A DNA stretch of 64,000 nucleotides. Origin: Eledone cirrhosa. Lineage: Eukaryota. The stretch lies in the NCBI GenBank assembly GCA_964016885.1, contig OZ024743.1:251410001-251474000 (forward strand), written 5' to 3'. Numbering within the stretch: the first letter of the stretch is position 1; every line of letters starts with the position of its first letter. Under the pieces are notes generated by a model. The model had not been told where the DNA came from. It saw only the letters and a list, made by a program, of their open reading frames with translations, and did no database searches. Below are positions 12,401 through 25,407 of this stretch, one piece after another. The translations under genes were made by a program, and so were the position numbers.

Positions 12401-13515
12401 GAGAGATTTGGAAATCTCAAACAAGAACTCTATTCATGCTTCACCTTCAATGAAGGTATTAATCAAAAAGAAGATCTATGCTGTAATTTTATTACAAATG
12501 TTTCTGTCGCTGCCTATTTCTGGTATTTCTGAGACAAGCCCTAAATCCTCAACCTGTATTGAAGCCATTCGTATTGGCATATATTTGTACCTAAATGATA
12601 GCATAGTTAATGGAATAAATATCTGCGTGTGTAATATGTATGTATGTTTGTGTGTGTGTGTGTGATCGTTTTTACGCTTGTTTATCCATGCTTACATGGG
12701 TGACTTGAGTCTTTTCCAATATAGCCTCTCTCCATTTGTTTCTTTCCTCTGCCGTTTCCTATGTGGGTTTCAGTATCCAGAGATCAGCTTTCACAACTTC
12801 TACCTGTAACTATTTTGGTCTTCCTCTTCTACATTCTGTCTACCAAATCTAATTCATAAAACATAGAGCATTCCAAGGTAGAAGGAACATGCTCAAGATG
12901 CCATGCAGTGAGTCTAAATTCGAAACCACATGATTGTGAAGCAAACTTCTTAATCACTCAACCATACCTATATATATATATATTGACATACTTTTTTTTA
13001 CCCATAGTGTCTCCAATTATACTAGAAATTGTTTTTTTTTAAAAATATGTTTACATATTTTTTTTTTTATAATTTTTGTTTTATGTTTGTATATTTTTGT
13101 TTTTATATTTTTCATCTATTCATATTTTTCATTATTTTTTTATATTTTAAAAATATGTTTTAATACTTTGTTTTCTTTCCAATTCAGAAAAAATATATCA
13201 TATAGAAGTGTGAAAATATTGACAGAGAGAACAGAAATGTTTTGATACTAATTTTGTTTTTTTTCTTGTTATTTTTTGCTTCCTTTTTATACAAGTTGTT
13301 GCTGGAAGATGTCCGAAGCTAATAAATGAGGTTTGAATATTTCAGAATCATGGAATTATATTTCATATGCACAATAATATATAATAATAACAATAATGAA
13401 TATACTTCAAATATAGGAGGGTATTCATTATACACCAGCTGTTAAAGGCAGTTTCATAGACACAAACTCTCTCTCTCTCTCCCTCTGATATTCTCTATCT
13501 CTCCTATTCCTCTCT

Positions 13516-13602
<87 letters not shown>

Positions 13603-13604
<2 letters not shown>

Positions 13605-13647
13605 ATCATCGTTTAACGTCTATCTTCCACGCTAGCATGGGTTTAGA

Positions 13648-13696
<49 letters not shown>

Positions 13697-13741
13697 CCAT
13701 CATCGTTTAACGTCTATCTTCCACGCTAGCATGGGTTTAGA
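13603..13741 (-). repeat. Tandem duplication of a 45-bp RTE 3' tail within (TA)n
   Basis: Identical CCATCATCGTTTAACGTCTATCTTCCACGCTAGCATGGGTTTAGA at 13603 and 13697. Confidence 0.85.
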
Positions 13742-14384
13742 ATATATATATATATATGTATATATATATTGTGTGTCAATGTCTGCATTTGTTTATTAAC
13801 CTAGCAGTTCAACAAAAAGAAATAGATAAATCAAGTACAAGTCTTGAACAAATATATACTGGAGTTGATATGATTGACTAAATCACTTTAAGTAATGCCC
13901 CAACATGGCCACAGTCTGATAATTGAAAGCAGTAAAACAATAAAAGATTACACACAGACAAGTACACACACTCTCTCATACATACACACACACAGGTATG
14001 TACTTATGGATATGTACACCAGTCATCGCCAACATCATATCAACACCACAATATATCTGGTTACAATTTTTGTTCCTTAGAGGCATCTACCACGCTTAGA
14101 ATAAGGCATTGGTTGGCATCACTCTGTAGAAAATCTTACCAGAAAAACAACTCATTAAACCCATGACAGCATTAACTAAAATCCAGATGTAAAAACAAGG
14201 TTGTCAATAAAAAGTTATGATGTATGGACCCATAACTCCTGATAAAGCCGTAGGGGTACTGTCCTGATATTTTAGCATTTGGGCATGCTAGATCTAGACA
14301 AGGAGCCTATCCCTCTCCATGTCTGAACATAGTGAATATCTTTCAGAGGAAGAAAAAGAGTTAGAGAGAAGTAAGAAAACTATA

Positions 14385-14555
14385 TAGAGTAAGAATAGAC
14401 CCCAGTACTGGACTGGTTACTTTTATATTAACCTTGAAAGAATGAAAGATAAATTTTACCTCAGTGGGATCTGAATTCAGAGTGTAAAAGGTTGGAACAA
14501 AAACCACAAGGCATTCCTGTTGACATTGTAAGGACTGCCATTTTTCTGCCAATGA
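14385..14555 (-). mobile_element. SINE family 1, diverged copy
   Basis: GACCCCAGTACTGGACTGG...GAATGAAAG...TCTGAATTCAG, reverse complement of the family core. Confidence 0.6.
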
Positions 14556-15278
14556 TTATGATGATGATAACTAAAAGTCAAACCTTCTTTTAAAAGAAGC
14601 ATGTGTTTTAACCCTTCCATAACCATATTTCTAATGAAAGACACTGATTATTACTTTAAAATTTTCATATAATCAAGCATTTGGAGGGATCTTGTAATAC
14701 ATATCAATTTTACCTTATGAAGCTGTTGTTTGGAGCATAACTTAACGAAGTTTCTTACTTAAAGTTTTGAATATTTTAATCCTTTCATTATTTCTAATGA
14801 AAAACTGCATATTTTCAAATCATTTTCAAAATAATCAAGTATTTTGAGGGATTTAGTAGTATAACTACATTTCTTATTAAACTGAGCCTTTTTTGACAGA
14901 ATGTTTACAGCTGGATACCCTACTTGATGCTAACCTTTTTACCTGGATTTGGCATATTTGTTTTAAACTGGATACATGCAGAATCCCTTTAGTATCCTCA
15001 TATATATTCCAAATAATTTCTTTCCCATTTAGCTATTAGCTTAGCTAACACGAAGGAAGAATGGCAAAATATAAAATGAAATAAATAGAATGAAATTAAA
15101 CAAAACAACACATGCCACCATTGGAATAATTTATAACAAAATGTTATTCAATTTTCAAATGTTTTTTTTTTGTCTGCTAGTGGTGGTGGAGTATGTTACA
15201 TTTATTCCTTTATTTCCCTTTTATCTCCCTCATATGTCTTTGTTTCCGTTGATCAGCAACACTAAAGCCCCCCAAATA

Positions 15279-15309
<31 letters not shown>

Positions 15310-16064
15310 GTATATATACAAAAACACATGTGTGTGTATATGTGTGTAAATGCGTGTAAATGTATATATATATGTTTATATACGTGTGTATATGTGTACA
15401 TATATATGTGTGTGTGTGTGTAAAGAAAATAAAAATTACAAAATACAAATAGAGAAATATATTTTTTTAATAACAAAAGCAAGAAATCAAATAGAAAAAC
15501 AAAACAGTTCCAATATTTTACAGAATGTTTTTATTTTATTCTCTACCAGCTGAACTTTTGTTTCACATTTATGTTTTATATATTTATTTCTATTCAGAGA
15601 GCTAAAACCGCAGGTATTATGCTTGTGGAAGCTGTTTACAGGAGATGGTATTGGAGAATTTATACCTTCGGGCTTACCCTCTTGTCAGTGTTGTGGCCAT
15701 TTTTTTAATATTCCATTGCATGTAGATAAGTGATAGCCTTGAAACATGGGAATCTTTCTATAAATGGTTTTTATTCACAAGATGATCTTGTGAATAGAAG
15801 ACAAAAATAATATTATTATAGTTGGTGTTGTTGTAATAGAAGGTGCTCAGAATCAGCTGCAATTACAACAATAGGGTCTCAACTAGTTAAATGTCACCTT
15901 GTATTACATTCTTTGTGGTTTTCCTAAGCTTACCAAAATAGACGTTGCATCCATCTCCTGTTTTTTTTAAAACACTGAAATATGATATACATGCTGATGA
16001 AGTAGATTGTGTAGCTGTTGATATATATATATATTATATATAGTCATATATATATATATTATAT

Positions 16065-16950
16065 AGAGTCAGAATTGGATGGAAAAAGTTCAGAGAGCTT
16101 ATACCACTATTAGCCGCTAAAGGGTTCTCCCTAAAAATGAAAGGCAGGCTGTATGATGCCTGCATACGAACAGCAATGTTGCATGGCTGTGAGACCTGGG
16201 CATTGTCTGCAGAGGATATACGCAGACTAGAGAGGAACGAAGCTTGCATGCTCCGCTGGATGTGTAATAGTAATATACGCGAACGGCAAAGCATAAACGA
16301 ACTAAGGGAAAAATTAGAAATAAGAGGGATCAAATGTTGTTTACTCGAGAGAAGGCTACGTTGGTATGGTCACGTAATGCGCATGAAAGACGACAGCTGT
16401 ATAAAAAAGTGCAGGGCAATAAAGATAGACGGTAGCCACGGAGTAGGCAGACCCAGAAAAACCTGGGACGACCTGATAAACTCCGACCTCACACACTTAC
16501 ACCTCTCCAGGACAATGTCACTGGACCGAGATCTTTGGTGGCACCCAGTAATAGAGAAGACACGCCTTACCTAAATACAAAGTAAAACCTACTACAGTCA
16601 GTAGGCATCTCTAACAAAATACACCCCCCCCCCCACCCACACCACCCCTTTCAATGTAAAGTTATGTTGGTGCCACAACATCCAGGCCGAAACAAATTAG
16701 ATCGTGTAGGTGTCACGACAAAAAACATACAGTCCACGCTGTAATGTGGCCGTGTAGGCAACACGGTAAAAACCTCCCAGTCCCACACTGTAAATGTGGT
16801 TGGTGTTAGGAAGGGCATCCAGCTGTAGAAAACCCGCCAGACAGTCCTATGCGAGTAAAACAATCACTCTTGCCTCAAGTGGGAAAACTCCCGTCCAAAC
16901 CCATGCAAGCGTCGAACATGGACGTTAAACGATGATGATGATGATGATGA
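16065..16950 (+). mobile_element. RTE-clade LINE, 5'-truncated (subfamily B)
   Basis: ORF 16137-16574 KGRLYDAC...MLHGCETW...RRLRWYGHV, 3' UTR and GGACGTTAAAC(GAT)n tail. Confidence 0.92.
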
Positions 16951-16989
16951 TATATATATTATATTATTTATTTATTTATGTTCATACAC

Positions 16990-17295
16990 AGAACAGTGGT
17001 GTCATGACAAAAAGTGCCCATCCACACTGTAAAAGGGTCGTTTTGGTGTCATGACAAAAATCGCTCAGTTCAGTTCACACTGTAATGATGTCATTCTGGA
17101 GCCACAATAAAAAGCATCTAGCCCACTCTGTAAATGTGGTTGGCATTAGGAAGCGCATCCAGCCATAGAAACCATCCAGAAACATTATTCTATGAGCAAG
17201 AAATGGTCATCTGATCTGGCTTGTCTCACAATAAGCAAACATTTCTAACCCAATCTAGCATGGAGGCATGGTGTTAAATGGTGATAATGATGATA
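16990..17295 (+). mobile_element. RTE 3'-UTR-derived relic
   Basis: CACTCTGTAAATGTGGTTGGCATTAGGAAG.GCATCCAGC and AACCC..TCTAGCATGG...ATGATGAT tail. Confidence 0.6.
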
Positions 17296-17580
17296 TATAT
17301 AATCAAAGCTGCCGAATAATTTTACATACAAAATAGTTATTAGTAAACTGTTCACAGAAAAACATATATGTAAGACAAACCAATGTATTTAGTTTTCTCA
17401 TCAGTCACTACCCGGAAAATATTATTTCTTGTGCACAAAATCATATTTTCTAGATGTTATTCATTTGTCTTTCATATTTACGTCTCCATGTGAAACTTTG
17501 CTAGTATTTATTTATACACTCCCAGACATACAGTAGTGTTATGTACAAATGTTCTTAAACACTTCTGGTATGATCTAAAT

Positions 17581-17891
17581 CAGTGCTACTCAAAGTGGTG
17601 GTCCATGGACCAGTGCCGGTACATGAGCCATCAGCTACCGGTACGCGGCCAGTGTCCAGGCCATGCTTAGGAATCATTTGAGGAATTTTTTTTATTACTT
17701 TTTTATGTTTTGATATTGTATTATTTGTTTACAAAATAAATAGAAGATAAAAAAATGGTCAACTATTATTATATTCATTATATATATATCGTTTCCTGTA
17801 TAAATTAATATTACTACGAAATATTAGCGGTACGTGGCACAGTGAAAAAAAAAATGCCAGTCCGCCACATCAGATAGTTTAAGAAGCACTG
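17581..17891. mobile_element. Non-autonomous hAT (Charlie-type) element
   Basis: TIRs CAGTGCTACTCAAA / TTTAAGAAGCACTG with a perfect 8-bp TSD ATCTAAAT (17573-17580, 17892-17899). Confidence 0.9.
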
Positions 17892-18346
17892 ATCTAAATG
17901 ACTATAATAAACAGTAGAAGGCTGGGAATAAACCATGTTGAATACTTATCTCCAGACTCATTGCTAACATTTATTTTTTTGTGGCCATCTCTCTATATAA
18001 TTTACAGAGATGTTAGAAACCATTTTTATAAATCTGGTTTCCTTAGCAACCATCCCACTACAGTGAGTGGCACCATGTCAAAGTGCTCCTGATCAGCAAC
18101 CTCTAGGTATACTAGTCTGCCATTTCGGAAGAAACCCTCCTGCAGAAACCCTCCACTAGAAACAGGGCATTTGTGATATGCTGTGAAATTACTAAAGGAA
18201 GAGAAAGAAGTTTGATGGGAAGTTTGTATGTAGTGGGGTTATGAGAGTTGTAAGAGCCAGCAATAGAACAACAAAGTGTGTGAGATAGATAGATAGAAAG
18301 AAGGAGAGAGAGATAGAGAGAATCACAGAAGTAGTAGTAAAACAAT

Positions 18347-18382
<36 letters not shown>

Positions 18383-18384
<2 letters not shown>

Positions 18385-18612
18385 ATCATCATCATCATCA
18401 CCGTTTTACGTCCGTTCTTTCACGCTAACACGGGTTAGATGGGTTGTCCTGTTGTGGGCAGTGTCTGGTCGGCTGACCTTGCCTTGCTCATACGGGAACT
18501 GGTTTTGGCTTGATTTCTACAGCTGGATGCCCTTCCTATCATCAACCTCATTTACAGTGAGTGCTGGGTGATTTTCTTTCCATTTTACAGTGTGGGCTGG
18601 GTGCTTTTTTGC
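18383..18612 (-). mobile_element. RTE subfamily A 3'-UTR fragment
   Basis: Near-identical to 10197-10430 and to the reverse complement of the 3' UTR at 59330-59510. Confidence 0.8.
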
Positions 18613-19145
18613 AATACAAGCACTTTAAGCGGGCAATCAAGAGTATTATGGGGGTTGTATTGGTAAAGTATTTTTTATATGTATGATATAGAAGCTTGTG
18701 TGCAGAGAAATATTAAAAATATTAAAAATGATTGCCCGCTTAAAGTGCTTGTATTACATATAACACCCTGCCACACTATAATCTTATATAAATAAGACAC
18801 ACGTGCATGCCCCACGTGTAACTATTGCATACACTAACTACTTCTAACTATCCTCTTGCATTATCTTCGTAAACTGCCAATGTTGTATTTTAACTTTAAT
18901 TTTGTTTTCTTTTAATATGACTTTAATCTTTGAATGTAAATTGCTATGCTAAAATATTATAATGGATGTCAACCCACTGTGCATCAATATATACATATGT
19001 TTCTGTATGTCTCTTGTGTTGGAAAGGAGGTCATGTATGTAAACAATGATTGAAAAATTGCTCCGAAGACTCCAAACCTCGGTTTGGAAGAAACAATTGT
19101 AAGCGAATAAATGGTTTGAACAGAACTTTGATTCATGTAATTTCT
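18613..19145 (+). mobile_element. PLE 3'/pLTR relic with a 27-bp 5' inverted repeat and hammerhead motif
   Basis: Perfect IR 18613-18639 / 18729-18755, hammerhead 19058-19106 followed by AATAAA, ends at a TA tract. Confidence 0.6.
19058..19106 (+). ncRNA. Type-I hammerhead ribozyme motif (U4C variant)
   Basis: TTGCT-CCGAAGA-c-TCCAAAC-ctcg-GTTTGGA-a-GAAAC-AATT-GTA-AGCGA. Confidence 0.65.
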
Positions 19146-19242
19146 ATATATATATTATATATATATATATATTATATATATATATATTATATATATATAT
19201 ATTATATTATACATATTATACATATTATATATATTATATATA

Positions 19243-20034
19243 TCATCATCATCATCATCATCAACGTTTAACGTCCGTGTTCCACGCTTGCATGGGTTTG
19301 GACGGGGGTAGTCCCACTTGAGGCAAGAGTGATTGTCTTGCTCGCATAGGACTGTCTGGCAGGTTTTCTACAGTTGGATGCCCTTCCTAACACCAACCAC
19401 ATTTACAGTGTGGGTCTGGGAGGTTTTTACCGTGTTGCCTACACGGCCACATTACAGCGTGGTCTGTGTGTTTTTTTGTCGTGACACCTACACGATCTCA
19501 TTTGTTTCGGCCCGGATGGCGCGGCACCAACATAACTTTACATAGGACGGGGTGGTGTGGATGGGGTGGGGGTGGTGGTGGTGGGACGGGGTGTATTTTG
19601 TTAGAGATGCCTACTGGCAAGGCGGGTCTTCTCTGTTACTGAGTACCGCCAAAGGTCTCGGTCCAGTGACATTGTCTTGGAGAGGTGTAAGTGTAAGTGT
19701 GTGAGGTCGGAGTTTATCAGCTCGTCCCAGGTTTTTCTAGGTCTGCCTATTCCGTGGCTACCGTCTATCTTTATTGCCCTGCACTTTGTTATACAGCTAT
19801 CGACTTTCATGCGCATCACGTGTCCATACCAACGTAGCCTTCTCTCGAGTAAACAACATCTGATCCCTCTTATCTCTAATTTTTTCCTTAGTTCGTTTAT
19901 GCTTTGCCGTTCACGTATATTACTGTTACACATCCAGCGGAGCATGCAAGCTTCGTTCCTCTCTAGTCTGCGTATATCCACTGCACACAATGCCCAGGTC
20001 TCACTGCCATGCAACATTGCTGTTCGTATGCAGG

Positions 20035-20039
<5 letters not shown>
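19243..20039 (-). mobile_element. RTE-clade LINE, 5'-truncated (subfamily B)
   Basis: DACIRTAMLHGSETW...RRLRWYGHVMR. Highly similar to 16155-16950 in opposite orientation. 5' end abuts (TA)n. Confidence 0.92.
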
Positions 20040-20117
<78 letters not shown>

Positions 20118-20219
20118 GCTAACAATAATCATTTATTAACAATGTATATGGTTTTTAGTTTAAACTTTTATGATGTATGATGTTATAAGCCTACCTTCAC
20201 ATCTACTCCCACCATCACC

Positions 20220-20700
20220 ACAGCAGTTGTTGTTCTTATTTTTCACACTTCTATATGTAACCTTGTTGTTATTCTTACTTATTCACACTTCTCTCGTTAT
20301 TGTTGTTGTTGTGGCTGTTGTTATTATTATTGTTATTATTGTGGTTGTTGTTGCTGTTGCTGCCATTATTGTTGCAGTTGTTGTTATTGTTACTTATTCA
20401 CACTTCTCTCGTTGTTGTTGTGGTTGATGTTGTGGCTGTTGTTATTATTATTGTTGTTATTGCTGTTACTGCCATTGTTCTAGATACTGGTAGTTGTTTT
20501 TATTGTTACTTATTCACACTTCTCTTGTTGTTGTGGCTGTTGTTATTATTGTTGTTGTTGTTGCTGCCATTATTGCTGCAGCTGTTGTTATTGTTATTGT
20601 TGTAGTTGTTGTAATTGTTATTTTTTCACACTTCTCTAGTTGTTATTGTGGATGCTGATATTGTTGCTGTTGTTACTGTTGTTGTTGTTCTTCTTCTTCT
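20220..20700. repeat. (GTT/ATT)n tract with recurring TTATTCACACTTCTC spacer
   Basis: Roughly 115-bp higher-order repetition of the spacer within trinucleotide repeats. Confidence 0.75.
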
Positions 20701-20939
20701 GTCTGCTGCTCTTTTATTATATTTGTTATTGCTGTCCCTATGAGTGTGTTTTTATAGATATTGGTTTCCACAACAGACACAGAGCAATTGAACACTTTTG
20801 ATACCAAACTTCCTGAAACTGCACCTGATTCTATGATACAAAGCTGTTTGATTCTAGGTGTTTATATTTATAAAAAATCTTTCCACCTTAATTTTATTTA
20901 AGAACATTTGTTTTTTCATACAATTTTATACAATTTTTG

Positions 20940-21115
20940 GGGAGAAGGGGCAAGTCAATTAAATCGACCCAGTGCATTACTGGTTCTTTATTCTATCAAC
21001 CTCCACAAGAATGAAAGCTAAAAGGTGGGATTTTAACTCAGAACGTAAAGAGCCATAACTACATGCCACAAAACATGTTGCCAGATGCTCTACTGATACT
21101 GCTAACCCACCACTC
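20940..21115 (-). mobile_element. SINE family 1 copy
   Basis: AAATCGACCCAGTGCATTACTGG...AACTCAGAACGTAAAG...CTCTACTGATACTGC. Confidence 0.7.
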
Positions 21116-22614
21116 TCAGATATCAGTTTAATAATGAGATTGAACATAAACTGAGGAATATGTGACCAAAAATCAATGGTAAAATGAAGAGGTGGGGAAC
21201 AATATTTTGATGATTTTCCCCAACTTCAAATTCTAAGTCAATAAGGAACTAAAATATTTGGAGTTATTATTTTACAATAAAATGCTGTTTTTCTAAATTT
21301 AAGACATTTTCATTAGTGTTATTTATACATTCCCTTGAAAATATTTCCAACAAACTTTTGTAATTGAACTTTTTAATACATAAATATCCCATACACACAC
21401 ATGCATGCACATGTGCACACGAACATACAGGCATGCACGCTGTTTTTCTCTGACTTAATACTTTTTCTTTTTCTTTCAATCTTACTTCTGACTTGTTTTA
21501 TTGCTCTCACTCTCTCTCCCTTCCCCCACTCTTGCTCTGCCTATCTCTCTCACTTGCTATCTCTCTCCCTCCCTTTTCTATTCTATGAATCCCTATATAA
21601 AGTTCCCTTATTCAATCTCTTGCATTCAACTTCTAGCTCACGAGTGAGCAGAGTAAACAAAAATTTGAAAAACTTGTTGAAACTATAAAACCGATGAAAT
21701 AGTAAAAAAGCATTATGTAATGGAATTATGAATCAAAAACTATACTCTAAACAACACTTAAAATCGTTTGAACATCAGAATATTAAAACTTTATGAATAT
21801 ATTCTATACTGATGAGAATTTCAAAACTACACCATCTAAACATAATGCATAATGTGTTGATTAACTGCATTGGCTTATAAATGGGGTTTGAATTTTTGCC
21901 CATTTCTCAGACATAAAATATGGGTTAGCTTATAATCAGATTGGCTTATATTTAATTATGTACAGTAGTTATGTTACTAAATACTTCCAAATTCTGAATT
22001 ATATTTAAAATGATTTGAAATCATAAGCAATGGGAATGAAAAATATGGTAATGAAGGAGCTAAAGGGTCTATATCTATAAAAAAAAATCTTAATTTTATG
22101 TAACAACATTCGTTAAGTTATGTTCCACACACCAACATAATAATAAGAAAGTTAATTATATTACTAAGTCCTTCCAAACTTTTGATTTTCAAAATTGTGT
22201 GAAAATTGAAAGTAGTGACTTTCTTGAGAAATATGGTAATAAAAGAGTTAAAAATTATAACTCATGAATAAAATTATTTAACATACACATACAGGTTAAA
22301 TAGTGTTAGCACGATAGCCACAAGGTGTTTGATCTTTGTTAAAATTTTAACTTTAAATATTGCAAGCACTGTTTCTATATCACTGCACATTGACTGCAAC
22401 CGACTGCAACATCACAGATACAGTTTCTATGCCATTTCAGATGTTATCAGCCAGTTGGCACTATGGCAACGGTTTCTTCTTGGGTCTTTCTTCAAAATAT
22501 TCAGTCTATAAAATATGATGAATTTAGTATAGGCTCTCTCACACTTTGATGTAGAGCTATTTATATGTGAATCTCTGTCTTCGTTTGCATGCATATGTAT
22601 GTGTGTGTATATGC

Positions 22615-22645
<31 letters not shown>

Positions 22646-22701
22646 TATAGATATATATATATACATATATATATATACACACACACACACACAAAAACAC
22701 A

Positions 22702-22739
<38 letters not shown>

Positions 22740-22740
22740 T

Positions 22741-23106
22741 AGTTATAGGAATAACCAAAGAGTGCTTAGAAATACATTGTTTTATTAGCTAACAGTGTTT
22801 CATCCATACACCATGGCAGGAATCATCCAGTCTGGCCGACTGAACTCACTCGATATGCAAATTAGGCTGCTCAGCCGTTAATATGCATAAGGAAAGTATA
22901 TACTTTCAGACGTTCAACCATCTGGCAGGAAGGTATACGATGCTGACGATAGCTAATAAGCTTGAAACTAGTACATCGTTCCTGTGTCAGTGTTGAACAA
23001 AAAGGTGACGTGGTTGCCTAAACACTGTACGGCGTAATTCGGGCTGTTTATTTGTTTATAAACAAACAAACCGAGCATTATAATTAATGTTCGGTAAACT
23101 GATACG
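22741..23106 (+). mobile_element. Short PLE pLTR / retrozyme-like cassette between TA tracts
   Basis: About 365 bp of unique sequence bracketed by microsatellites, containing a canonical hammerhead at 22937-22979. Confidence 0.6.
22937..22979 (+). ncRNA. Minimal type-I hammerhead ribozyme
   Basis: ACGATG-CTGACGA-t-AGCT-aata-AGCT-t-GAAAC-TA-GTA-CATCGT: 6-bp stem I, intact core, 4-bp stem II, palindromic ACTAGT stem III, GUA cleavage triplet. Confidence 0.8.
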
Positions 23107-23242
23107 TGCATATATATATGTGTGCATGTATGTATATATATACATACTACTGTACGTCTGTATACATATATGTATGTACGTATACACACATACATACTAT
23201 ATATATATATATGTATATATAATATATATATATGTATATATA

Positions 23243-23273
<31 letters not shown>

Positions 23274-23743
23274 ATATATATATATATATATATGTATATA
23301 TAATATATATATATATATGTATATATAATATATATATATATGTATATATAATATATATATATATATATGTATATATAATATATATATATATATGATATAT
23401 ATATATGTATATATAATATATATATATGTATATATAATATATATATATGTATATATATACATGTATATATAATATATATATATATATATATGTATATATA
23501 ATATATATATATGTATATATAATATATGTATATATATATACATATATATATATACATATATATGTATATATATATATGTATATATAATATATGTATATAT
23601 ATATATGTATATATAATATATGTATATATAATATATGTATATATAATATATGTATATATATATATATGTATATATAATATATATATATATATGTATATAT
23701 AATATATGTATATATAATATATATATATATGTATATATATATG

Positions 23744-23817
<74 letters not shown>

Positions 23818-23846
23818 ATATATATATATGTATATATATATATATG

Positions 23847-23891
<45 letters not shown>

Positions 23892-23934
23892 GTATATATA
23901 ATATATATATATATGTATATATATATGTATATAT
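23107..23934. repeat. Large compound (TA)n/TATG/TAA microsatellite
   Basis: Direct reading. Source of the spurious YIYI ORFs. Confidence 0.95.
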
Positions 23935-24159
23935 ATACAGTATTTACGTATCGAGAAAGAGAATGCCAAAGATGCTCGATATCCTCCCCTTTTTTTCTCT
24001 TTCTCGATACGTAAATACTGTATTACCGTGCTCCTTTTGTAGAGCATCTCACCTTATTTGCCATTATGTTGGAGAACCAGCCGTTACCCATGTCTCTCAA
24101 GTGTATCCCCTTACCCAGCAGAAAAACCTAACTTAAACTGCTTATAGACGCTTATAGAC

Positions 24160-24752
24160 GTAGAACCATTATCCAGTTCGAAGGCTCCCACTGGACCAGA
24201 ACCAACCGTCCTGATAACTGCGATGTCACGATGGGGTCCAGTGACTCAGCGCAAGCAACTGACCTGGTCGGGATATACCTCCTACATAAGCTTAGGGAAG
24301 AGATACCGGCCATACAAGGAGGTGTATATAGGGACGACGCCCTGTTTACCGTTAGGAACCATAGCCCCCGTAGGATAGAGAACCTTAACAAACATATACA
24401 CAGGTTCTTCAAGTCATACGGCCTATCCGTAACTATGGACCTCAACCACAGGGTTGTCAACTTCCTAGACGTGACCCTGGAGTTGAGTACGGGCTTATAC
24501 AAGCCATACCATAAGCCTGGAGAGTGCCTCTCTTATATTAATTATGCCTCCAACCACCCTAAGCAGACTCTCAACTCCATAGTCTATAGTATCTCACATA
24601 GAATCTCGAGGCTATCCGCCAATGAGGATATCTTCAACCAAGCGGCAGATTACTACAATAGCGCCATGATAAGCGCCGGCTTTAACCGAGGAATTTCCTA
24701 CATCCTTTACGCTAGCTCTAGAAACCACCCCCTCATAAAACAAACGTTATAG
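24160..24752 (+). pseudogene. PLE reverse transcriptase (C-terminal palm/thumb), disrupted
   Basis: YRDD catalytic motif, FLDV, SNHP. Upstream 11-bp duplication (GCTTATAGACG) and downstream stops. Confidence 0.85.
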
Positions 24753-25407
24753 TAAGCCATACCTATAATCAATCACGCGGCAACCTCGTTGAAGTCGGAT
24801 ATAATAGAAGAGATAACCGCACCAAAGATCACGACCCCGGCGACGGTGAACACTGTAGATTACTCGAACTATTCCCCTATTACAAAACCAACAAAGGCGA
24901 CGGCCTACTACTAACGCCTTCCAACCAACATCTTCGTGTACATAAACATGGAAGAGGTAGGAAGAGTGCACCCGAGCATAAAGTGAAAGGGGGCACCGAA
25001 CGGGCGACTGCGCATTAACACACATAAGAGCGGTCACCTAGATGGAACCACCCGTAGCAAAAGTACAAGGACACGTAATCGCCACCGTAACGTCCTATGG
25101 TTCCACCCCCACCCCCCTACTCTCGAAGTGTGACCTCCAACATACCCCGGATGTTCTTCGAAGCCTTAGAGAAGAACTTCCCGCCCAACCATAGGTATAG
25201 AAAAATTCTTAATAGGAACAATATAAAAATATCCTTCTCTACTACTCCTAACCTAGCAGACATCCTAACCTAGCAGACATCACCAAGACACAGCACCTCG
25301 ACACAGACGCACCTACACCTGACAATAACTATATCGGCCTTAACTCCCTGGCAGCATCCAATAGTGTTGGCAACGGCATCCGCAGACGCAACCAGCATAA
25401 CTGCGAA

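Noticed and set aside
20170-20605. Hydrophobic poly-Leu/Val ORFs resembling membrane proteins
   Set aside because: Translations of (GTT/ATT)n repeats.
22968-24047. 359-aa ORF and the many other [12 protein letters not shown] ORFs
   Set aside because: Translations of TA/CA microsatellites that lack stops by composition; not genes.
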